In this document: positions 27,283 to 37,600 of the stretch, piece by piece
Numbering within the stretch: the stretch's first letter is position 1
How the letters are laid out: every line of letters begins with the position of its first letter
From: Marsupella aquatica
Taxonomy: Eukaryota > Plantae > Marchantiophyta
DNA length: 64,000 bases
Direction of reading: 5' to 3'
Assembly (NCBI GenBank): GCA_973895155.1
Contig: OZ316893.1
Location: forward strand, 22,913,844-22,977,843
Made by a program: the position numbers and the translations under genes
The notes under the pieces: model-generated
Told to the model about the DNA's origin: nothing
Database searches by the model: none
What the model saw: only the letters and a program-made list of their open reading frames with translations

Positions 27283-28220
27283 GGTATTTGTTTGTTGGAT
27301 CTTTTTGGTGGGATTAGCACTGGATTGGCTGCTGTTCTTCAGGCAAGAATTCTTGTGCGTCGTTATTTGTATGTGGAGACAGATGAGACAGCACGGAGGG
27401 TCTCATTGCGACATGTGGCTATGTTGGTGGATAGATATCCACAATTGCTGCTAGTGGATGCTAGCTGTTCATGGTTATCAGCATGCACTACCTGCTGATA
27501 TTTCATTGTTGGGGGCGGATCATCTGCATCGTGTTGGCCCCATTGATTTGGTGATTGTTGGTTGGCCATGTCAGGGCCAATCTAGAGCTGGCGTTGGGCA
27601 TGGACTTCATGATCCACGCTCTGCATTGTTTTGGGAGATGTTATGGGTGTTGCGTCATCTCTAGCTACATCAGACATAGTCTCTAGCATACATTTTGGAG
27701 AATGTGCCATTGTTAGGTGATGATCGTAGTCGGATTGTTGCCAGTGTTCACCAGGTGAGGTCTTGGATTGGACCTGCTGTGTTATTGAATGCTGCACATG
27801 TGGGTTCTCGTGCACATCATCCACGCTTGTGGTGGACTAATTTGATCCCATGTGAGGCGCTGAAGCGTGCATTTGACAGCATTCCATGCTCACCAGCCTT
27901 AGTGGTGGATGATATTTTGGATCTAGGGCGTCGTGCACAGGGTGTGACCCAACCTGATAGACCTCCATTGGTAGTGGTCAATGCAGTTGGATGCCCACGT
28001 TGTGCATTACCCACTCTTGTAAGCCACTCTGCTTCATATGCATTCAGAGCAGGTGGCCCTGGACTTGTGTGGGACACAGCTCTCCAGCAGTTAGTGGAGC
28101 CTACTGCTGATGAGAGAGAGCGTGCTATGGGATTTTTGACTGGCACCACTATAGTTGCCTCTGTGTCAGAGGGTTTGCGGCGCCAGGTTCTTGGTCAAGC
28201 AATGGATGTGAATTGTTTGA
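27283..28220 (+). pseudogene. DNMT3-like C5 cytosine DNA methyltransferase domain inside the retrotransposon pol
   Basis: Motif I LLDLFGGISTG, II YVETD, IV IDLVIVGWPCQ, VI ENV, VIII SRAHHPRLWWTNL, IX ERERAMGFLTGTT and X RRQVLGQAM in canonical order, across a frameshift (~27470) and stops (~27662-27690). Confidence 0.92.
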
Positions 28221-28651
28221 CTCAGTTAGATTATCAGCTTGGGAGTAGTTGAACAGTTGCGGATGCGCTTTGCTGGAATTACTGATTGTCCATTGGTGAG
28301 CTTGCGGTCCACTGAGACAGTATTGACCACAACTGGGGGCGAGCAGACAGTCCATGGACCTATGGCAGGATTGGCCAAGGCTGGACAGATTGTTGAGCAA
28401 GAAGGGATTGCTCAATCTACTGCTAAATAGCAATCATCGACTATCTCTTCTACCCTACAAAGAGATATTAGGGATTTGGTGGAGAGTTGGGAACCACAGC
28501 TTGGCCCTAAGTTAACAGGGGAGGAGAGACGTCGCATGCATCGATTCCTGAAGAGTTATTGGAATTGTTTTGCATTCAGCATGAGGATTTGGGGATATTG
28601 AAGGGCCCTGGTATTCAGATTGAATTGGCTAGTGATGCGCCAATCTTTCGT

Positions 28652-28948
28652 CTCGGGGGTCTCACTACATGGGGACCTCCCCATCACCTACGACGTTTTT
28701 AGGCCTTGGACCCCCTAAAATGTAAGAAAAAAATATTATTTTTTAACCCCTATAAAGTTGGAATATTCTTGGAATATTCCAAAAATTGGATTAAAAAGGC
28801 CCTAATGTTCTTATAAGTCTCAAAATTGAATTTAAAAGACCCTATTGTTCTTCTACAAAAATTCTTAAGTCTTCCTTTACAACCAATAAAATGACCCTAT
28901 CCTTCGTCGCACGTGATATGCCATTTTTGTGGAAGTGAAACCCCCGAG
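28652..28948 (+). mobile_element. ~297-bp MITE, copy 2, inserted in the gypsy RT
   Basis: CTCGGGGGTCTCACT ... AGTGAAACCCCCGAG; TSD tctttcgt. Confidence 0.93.
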
Positions 28949-31734
28949 TCTTTCGTAGATCATACCGTTATAGTGACATGGAGAGAGCTTTGATTCAAAG
29001 CAAAACTCAAGATTTGTTGGAGGCTGGATTGGTGGAGATTTCATATGGGGAGTATGCATCTGCCATAGTGATGCCAGCCAAGAAAGATGTGCATGGCAAT
29101 TACACAGATAGACGCATGTGTGGTGATTACAGACCTATTAATCGCCAGACAAAATCTGATCGATATGCCATGCCCACACCTAAGGAGATCTTTGATGCTG
29201 TGGGGCATGCAAAAGTTTTTAGTTCATTGGATCTAAGGGCAGGGTACCATGATCAGCTTCCAATTAGGCATGCTGACAGGTCCAAGACAACGTTCTGGGG
29301 GATTGATTTCTATGGCAAAGATTGTTTGTATCAGTGGTAACTATTCTTACCATTTGGGTTGAAGAATGCACCAGCTGAGTTCCAGAGAGTCATGGATCGA
29401 ATCCTTGCAGGTTTGGATTTTGTCAGATGTTATATTGATGATATTTTGGTCTATTCTTCTACAGTGGAAGAACATCAGCAGCACTTGCAGATTGTGTTGG
29501 AGAGATTGAGAGCACATGGGTTGAAGCTCCATCCTGGCAAGTGTAAGTTCTTCCAAGACCAGATTGAGTATTTGGGCCAGTCCACACTATATACCCAGGG
29601 GGATTGGGTGTACAGCAGACTAAAGTGGAGGCCATTACACAGATTCCTTGTCCTACTGATGTGAGCAGAGTTTGTGCATTCTTGGGATTGGCGAGCTACT
29701 ACAGGAGGTATGTAAAAGGATTTAGCCAGCTTGCTAAACCTTTAACCATACTCACTAAGTTGGATCAGGAATGGACTTGGGGTGATGACCAGGAGCATAC
29801 CTTTCAGGAGTTGAAGCAAAGGTTGGCATCATCCCCTATTTTGAGAAGACCCATTTTAGGCAGACCATTTCAGCTACACACTGATTGGAGTGGAGTAGGA
29901 CTTGGAGCAGTGCTAACTCAGAAAGATGATGAAGGGCATGAGTTTGTTGTGGCATATGCCAGTAGATCAAACAATTCAGCAGAGGCTAAGTATAGCTCTT
30001 ATGAGGGAGAGTGTTTGGCAGCAGTTTGAGCTGTGGCACACTTCCGCTGTTACTTGTTTGGTAATCCTTTCACTTTGATCACTGATCACCAGCCGCTCAA
30101 GTGGTTAATGGAGTCTGACAAGCTTACTAGGAAGCTTGCAAGATGGGCATTGTTGTTGTAGGAATATGATTTCTAGGTTGTACATAGACCTGGAAAGGTG
30201 AACTTGGATGCAGATGGGTTGAGCCGCAACCCATGTACCAGTCAGCAGGATGAGACTGGAGCCAGATGGCATGATGAGTCAGATAAAGAGATGGTGCCAG
30301 GATGGCATGCATCTGCCTTTCTTTGTTGGGTGCTAGCATACAGTGGATCTGTGGACTCTACCTCATTGGATGGAGTGGATGATGAGTCTTCAGATGTGGA
30401 TGTTGGTGAGGTAACTGTTGGACAACAAGATATTCACAATGATGTGAGAGTGTTGGAATATCTGCGCAGTGGTTCTATTGTTGGCAGTGTTGATGCCAAA
30501 GAACGTGACAGGGTTCTACAGAGAGCCAAGAGGTTTTGATGGGAGGGAAACCATCTTCTGAGAGTATTGCATGATGGTAGGGTGTTGGTGGTACCAAAAC
30601 CATCACAACGAGTACATTTGGTGCGACATGCACACGAGGAGTTAGGTCACTTTGGTGTGAAGCGCACTTACAGCTTGCTGCAAACACAGTATTGGTGGCG
30701 TGGTATGCACACTCATGTCCAGCAGTTGATAGCTAAGTGTGTGGTATGTGATAGAGTGAGAGCATCATTTAATGCTCCCACTCCCCAGTTGCACCCGTTG
30801 CCGATCATGGGTTTGGGATATCGTTGGAGTTTGGATTTTGCTGGTCCATTACCTCTTACCCAACGTCATAATCGATATGTTTTGGTCATGGTGGAGCACT
30901 TCTCCAAGTGGATTGAGCTAGTGGCGTTGCCAGATAAAACCAGTGGAGGAGTTGCTGCTACATTTTTGGATCGTGTACTCAATCATTTTGGAGCACCAGT
31001 TGAGGTGTTGACTGATCAGGGAACTGAGTTCCGTGGAGAGTTTGAGAGTTTGTGTGAACAAGCTTTGATTGATCATCGTACTACCTCTCGTGATCATCAT
31101 GAGGCAGATGGATTAGCTGAGAGAGTTGTGCAAACTGTGAAGAGAGGATTGCGTAAGTATGGCTTGCAGGTTGGTCATCTGGGAGATTGGGATCTCCAAC
31201 TACCTTGGTTAGCTATGGGCTACCGTTTCAGTCGGCAAGCATCACTTGCATCCTTCTCACGGACCTTACTTTTTGCTCTATGGTAGAGACCCAGATTTGC
31301 CACCAGCTATTCATCGTGATGCTGCACCAGTTGTGAACTTGGATGATCCTTATGTTTGGGTCAAGGTGTGTTCAGAGAGAGCATGGGTATTTCAGAGAGT
31401 GATGCCCATGGCTTCTGACAACCTTGCCATTGCCCAACATCGTGATACTTTGAGGTATGCCACTATTCGTGGAGGAGGTTACCGTGCAAGCATTCGACGA
31501 TTTCACCCTGGTGATTATGTTTATTTGCAACAGACAGCACCCACAACACTTGATGTGACCGCAGGCCGGACAATCTTACGTGTTCGGGAAGTGTTGCCTT
31601 CTGGTGTCCTGATGTTGGAGGGACGCGATGGTATGGTTTGGAAGGATCATGTGCGCAACTGTGCACCATGTCACCTTCCCAACATTGATGGTACAGTAGA
31701 TCCAAGCTTGGCACATGTTCGTGCTGGCTTGAAA

Positions 31735-31875
31735 TGTATGTTGTGTGGATCTGCTCAGGGAGCAGCTACTATGTTGATTTGTGATAAGTGTTCTAGAGGA
31801 TGGCACATGTCATGTTTGACACCACCATTACAGGTGATTCCTAGTGGATCATGGTTGTGTCCTCAGTGTCGGTGA
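31735..31875 (+). other. PHD finger at the integrase C-terminus
   Basis: CMLC...MLICDKCSRGWHMSCLTPPLQVIPSGSWLCPQC is a C4HC3 PHD pattern with the conserved W before the last CxxC. Confidence 0.93.
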
Positions 31876-32050
31876 AGCCGACTAGTTATCATTGGTGTTC
31901 TCTTGGCAGATATGGATTGTAGGTAGGTGATCGATGGGGCTCACTTGCACCCGGCCTCCTGATCTTCACACTTAAAAAGGTGTATATCAACCTTGTAGAA
32001 CTCATGGCTAGCTAGAGTCAGGGGACCTTACTCCCAGCTAGGGGGGCGAT

Positions 32051-32962
32051 TGTGGGTTTTGGACATGTGTGGACATGAGTTTCACTTGTATTCCATTCTC
32101 TTGTGTTTGAGATGTGGCAGTGTGACTATGTCTGGATGTATGTGACAAGCGATGTATGTTGTGTAGCGATGTGTATGCGCACGATAGCTGTCACACCATT
32201 CTAGGTAGTGTTAGAGTGTATCATACTATCTAGATCCGTATGTTTGGTATGTGTGCTATATGAGCCGATAAGGTTCCGTCAGGTTTGTGTGAGAGGGTAC
32301 TTCTCACTTGTGAGGCATTGAAAGGTCATCTTTCAATGTTGAGCCTTGGAGAGAGAGGAGCTTGAGTATGGCTATGGTGGCTGTGAGCTCCGCTTGTGTA
32401 ACGTGGATTCCTTGAGTAGTGCAAGGTGCGTTGGCTTGACATACGTGTGTGATCGGATCAGTGCGGGATCGATGGGGTATTGTTGACCGGGATCGTTGTG
32501 CCGATTGTATTGAGATTATTGTGGGTTTTGGACATGTGTGGACATGAGTTCCACTTGTATTTCATTCTCGGGGGTCTCACTATATGGGGACCTCCCCATC
32601 GCCTGCGACGTTTTTAGGGCTCGGACCCCCTAAAATGTAAGAAAAAAAATTTATTTATTAACCCCTATAAAGTTGGAATATTCTTGGAATATTCTAAAAA
32701 TTGGATTAAAAAGGCCCTAATGTTCTTATAAGTCTCAAAATTGAATTTAAAAGACCCTATTGTTCTTCTACAAAAATTCTTAAGTCTTCCCTTACAACCA
32801 ATAAAATGACCCTATCCTTCGTCGCACGTGATATGCCATTTTTGTGGAAGTGAAACCCCCAAGATTTCATTCTCTCGTGTTTGAGATGTGGCAGTGTGAC
32901 TATGTCTGGATGTATGTGACAAGCGATGTATGTTGTGTAGCGATGTGTATGCGCACGACACA
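32051..32962 (+). repeat. Two ~140-bp TGTG...CACA direct repeats (32051-32195; 32520-32962 with MITE) at the 3' end of the DNMT retroelement
   Basis: tgtgggttttggacatgtgtggacatgagtt...gatgtgtatgcgcacga occurs twice; the first copy follows a polypurine-like tract. Confidence 0.8.
32567..32863 (+). mobile_element. ~297-bp MITE, copy 3
   Basis: Same TIRs; TSD atttcatt. Confidence 0.93.
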
Positions 32963-33055
32963 TGGGTAAGATTCTGTCACCTTTCTTTGAATGATTGTTT
33001 GAATTCATTTAATATTTGGAATCCTTGTTTCTAATTGTAAGGTTCCCTTTTGTAG

Positions 33056-34197
33056 AAAGATACCACCTCCTGGAAAAAGAAGGGAGATGAGGAAGGCAAA
33101 GATCTCAAGTCATTCCCGGACAAATTCAATGCGCATATTGTGCAAGCGCAAAATTGGCTATCCATGAAGACTTCTAGTTGGCAAACCCAAGAGGGGGAAC
33201 TTCATCCAAATTCTTTTGAGCATCCAGAGTTTGGTGATGTGCACTATGATATTTTTACTCATGATGCACAGCAATTACACGAGGTGGTTCCAGGTCGGGC
33301 TTACACATTAGCTTTAGTGGATATTCCCTACGGGTTTGCATTGCCTGGATGTCTTCATGAGGACACTATTGGATGGGGAATTGAGGAGATCACAAAAATG
33401 GTCCAATCTTTCAAGGTGGCTACTACTGCGAAGTTGTGGCATATTATCATTCACCACAGCCTTGACCAATATGAGGCCATCAAGACCGTTTTGAAAGCGG
33501 AGTGTAATGGAGGGTTCCAGAATTGTGTGTGGTAAGAAATATTTATTTTTGAAAAAAACAATTATTAGTTATTCATGATTTCATGAACCATGTTTCTAAG
33601 TTTAAATGACTCCTTGACTTTTTGTGACTTTTCAGGGTTAAGGATAATGTGAAGAATGCTGGTGGGCCAAGATTGAACAGCAATTTTGAGTGCTTTACAA
33701 TTGGCTTTCACAGTCAAGATGGTAAACGGTCATTGGAGCACTTCAATTTTGACACAAATGAATCAAGGAACAATATGGTTGTATGCGCAGCTGTGACTAA
33801 GAAGCTGAAACACAATGGGGATAACAAGGCAGTGAATGTCTATCAGAAACCACGTGCATTGTTAGATTGGGAAGTGAGTCATTTTAGTCAGGTTGGAGAC
33901 TGGGTTTTGGATATTTGTTCAGGATCAGGGACTGGGACAACCTCCTCCTTGGCCATGGGGAGACATTGCGTTGCCATTGAGATTGACGAGCGACAGAGCA
34001 GTGTGTTGAAAGGGAGGATTCTTAACCTTGCAGATAACATTGAAGAGGAAGATGGACAGGGGGAGACGGATGAGGAGAGTGAGGAAGACATTCCTCAGGC
34101 CGGAGAGGATAGCGTGGTTGACGATGCCACAATTGTTCCAGAATTGACGACAGGGACTTCCAGAACCGAGGAAGGGGAAGCGGTCCCTTTGGATTAG
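33056..34197 (+). CDS. Beta-class amino-DNA methyltransferase (N4-cytosine/N6-adenine type); last two exons, 5' part missing
   Basis: Exons 33056-33531 and 33636-34197 joined by a GT-AG intron (TG|gtaag...ttcag|G restores NCVWVKDN). Motif IV LALVDIPYG precedes YQKPRALL and motif I GDWVLDICSGSGT..AMGRHCVAIEID, which is the beta order. An upstream intron gtaag(32966)...tgtag(33055) is also visible. 345 codons with no stop; acidic tail. Confidence 0.88.
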
Positions 34198-34668
34198 ACT
34201 AGGTAAATAGAGGGACTCGTAGCATTTGAAACCACTTGGGGTTAAGTTGGGTTATATTTTGTAAAACTTTGAGTTTGACTTAAACTCTAATCGATGAGTT
34301 TGATTTTGACTACTTTTATAAAGTGCATATTTCAAGGTTTATACAATTGTGAGAATATCATATAAGATATGCTTAGATTTTGGTGGTAAAATTCTCTTGA
34401 GTCTAGTTTGGAAAATACATACCATTTTTTGGTACACATTTTTGAATATCATGAAGATTTTGAAAAGAGAAATAAGGCTTTGGACTCATCCCTTAAGGCT
34501 TCTTGTTAAGTGCCTAGTGTACGTAGCCAGGAGAGTCCATGGCCACTCTGTTTCTAAGTAGTTGTGTATCGTCTATGCTATTGCAGAGAATGTAGTAAGG
34601 AAGGAAAAGATAGTAAGTATCGTAATCAGAAATAAGACTTCTGGGGCCACTGCTGAGAATACTAATAA

Positions 34669-37600
34669 CACAGTGACGGACCAAACGAGAAGTATGACCA
34701 CCAAACGAGAAGTGTGTTTTTGATTTCGCAAAAAACGGCGAAAAATCACTAAAATTAAGATCAAAAATGCTATTTTGAGGATGAATCCAAAATCGCATCC
34801 AACATCGGATTTCAAATCGAGATACTATCGACACAAAAACAAAGAATTGTTACATTCCAGAATTCCGAGACACTTCATCTAAAAAAAGAGTAAATTCCAA
34901 AACCTAGAAAAACAATGCTTTTCACGTGATCCTTCTAAAAGCTAAATCCGAGCGTCAAACAAAACTAGGAAAACACAAGATTTCATTTTTGCAATCAAAA
35001 TGGCAAACTGAAAATGGGATACGGTGTATCCCATTTCGGATTCAACCGTTGAACGTGAACGAAAACCGCACCAAATCATTCTCTTGACGCTTCCATTTAA
35101 CCTCGGGTTTTAAATATTTGAATTTTTAACTGCGGTAAAACCAAAAACTGCAAAAAACTGACCGCGGACTACAGTCAACCCACACAGTTAGTTAAGTTAA
35201 CCCGACGATATCTTTGGAAATATTTTAGCCCATAACGCATGATGAATACGAGACGGGATCCAAGTATCCACTCTCGTATTCAACCTCAATGTTTTCCACA
35301 TGCAACTTTGCATCAGGAGATCTTTCGACATGAATACCAACTGAGATCCATGGATCCCATTTTTTTTTGCAAGTCCAAAAACTCATCGGGAAAACAGGAG
35401 GATGAATACCAGATGGGATCCATGGATCTCATCTAGTATTCAACCTCTACATTTTGAACTTTTTGCATTGCATACCTTGATATTCTAGTTTGAAGACCAA
35501 CTGGGATCCACGGCGACTTCCTCAAAAATCTATAATTTAAATTTCAGCGTTCCTTGAAAAGACAGACTCTCACTTTAAAAAAACCCTCGTACGGACCAAT
35601 CAGGGAATGCCAATAAGGATCCACGTATCCCATTTTTCTAAACAAGTCCAAAATAACTCACTCAAAACCAAGGATGAACCATGGATCCCATTTGGTATTC
35701 GCCTGCCAAAATTTGCCCTTGCCGCACCTTGCACCTTGATATTGAGGTTTGAATACCAACACGGATCCACAGATCCCATTTGGTATTCACCCGCCAAAAT
35801 TTGCCCTTGCCACACCTCGCACCTCAATATTGAGGTTTGAATACCGACACAGATCCATACCGACACAGATCCATACCGACACGGATCCATGAGTCTCATT
35901 TGTTGATTCAACTCCAAAACAATTTTGGATTTTTCCTTGCTCAGCACAACCCCAATCACATCCATTTTTTACTCTTTCAAAATATGTAGGACCAATCAAT
36001 AGACCTACCTAAAAATGGAGGCAAATACCAAGTGGGTTTGTGGATCCCACCTCAGATTCAAAGTTCCGGATTGGCCCTCGGTCACAAGTCACTCATCCAT
36101 TTTCACATTTGAATACCAAATTGGATTTCATTTGGTCTTTGTAAAATTCTTATCACTCTTTGTAAAGTTCTTGATTTGTAAAATAACATGTTCTTATACC
36201 AAATGTGGGATCCATGGATCCCACTTGGTATTCATACAAGGTTTTATGACTTTTTCCTTTCTAGATTTGTGAAATAACATGTTTGAATACTACATGGGAT
36301 ACTTGGTATCCCACTTGGTATTCCTCTTGAAGTTTTGATCATTTGTGATCTTTTTACAATGCAATCTGATTTTTTTGCGAGATTTTGCCTGATTTCAGAT
36401 TTTTCTCTTTTTCTATTTTTGCAACGCCGAGTAAAGCGGCTGAAAAATCTCAAGCTCTTCTTTCTAACGGTATCAATTATAAGGAATTTGGATAAATACC
36501 GATAAAGATATGACTTCCAAAGCGTGAGAGGGTACAAACTTAAGTTTTTGTAATTTTATAATTTCACCCCAGAACTTAATCTTATCATATCTTAGTCCAT
36601 CTTTCATCGTTTTCATATCAATTCTTGTCACAACTAGTGATGAAGATGTTAAGTATGAATTTGGATCATTTCAAGATTCTCAGGCAGCTAGATAGGGTCT
36701 TTGGATTTGACTTTGAAAGAACAATTGAAAGCTTAGGGGCTCAAAGTTAAGAATGACCCGGTATTCACTAGTTTTGGATTGAATTTCTCAATTTATGGCT
36801 TGTGCATTCCAAAAGCCTCATATCCTTGGATTGAATCCAAAGTAGGATACGTGGTATCCCATTTCGTATGCAACTCCTGAACTTACGGCTTGTGGATTCC
36901 CATTCCTCATTTGGTTCATCACTGTGTTTATTGTGAGATACCCAGTATCCCACTTCACATTCAACCTCTGCCTTTCAGACCTAACGTGAGATATTCAGAG
37001 GTTGAATACCAAATGGGATACTTGGTATCCCACTTTGCATTCAACATTGATTTTTCTATCTTTTGATTCTAAAATGCATGTGATTCATCGGTTGAATCTG
37101 AAATGGGATACGCGGTATCCCATTTTGCATTCAACCTTGAATTTCTTGCATTTTGCACCTAAATGCTTCATATTCAGAGGTTGAATGCAAAGTGGGATAC
37201 AGGGTATCCCACTTTGCATCCAATCTCATTTTTTCACGTTTAAGATACCCAAACTGGATTTTTGAAGATTGAATCCCAAATGGTATCCCATTTGGGATTC
37301 GTCCTCATCATTTCCAAAAAGATATATCATTCTCACTTGTTCAGATTCTAGTTTGATTTGGGGGGATATAAATTTGCATAGAGAGTGTGGATTCTCGGGG
37401 GCGCAAGAGGATGCGGGAGTGAGAAGAAATGAGCAGAAATATTTGATCATGGCTTTCCTATTTATAGTTTGCCCTTGACCGTGGTCAATTTCTAACTGCA
37501 GTTTCATCGTAGTCAATTAAAAGTTACCGTTAAAAAGAATTTTCTAGGAATATTCTTGATGGGTAAAATGACCTTGCCCCTTTTACTGCGTTTGTTGTTT

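Larger units (their letters stand above)
24430..32962 (+). mobile_element. Decayed Ty3/gypsy LTR retrotransposon: gag-PR-[C5 DNA methyltransferase]-RT-RH-INT-PHD
   Basis: Gag-like DLDDFIQEFDTWC (~24685); zinc knuckle HCGAPRHTKDRC (~25615); protease-like LDNGAQPL (~26577); RT RMCGDYRPIN, LDLRAGYH, GLKNAP, YIDD; RH FQLHTDWS, YASR, TDH; integrase HEELGH..CVVC, LDFAG/TDQG/LAER. Domain order RT-RH-INT. PPT-like aggggggcgat precedes TG at 32051. 5' LTR not found. Confidence 0.92.
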
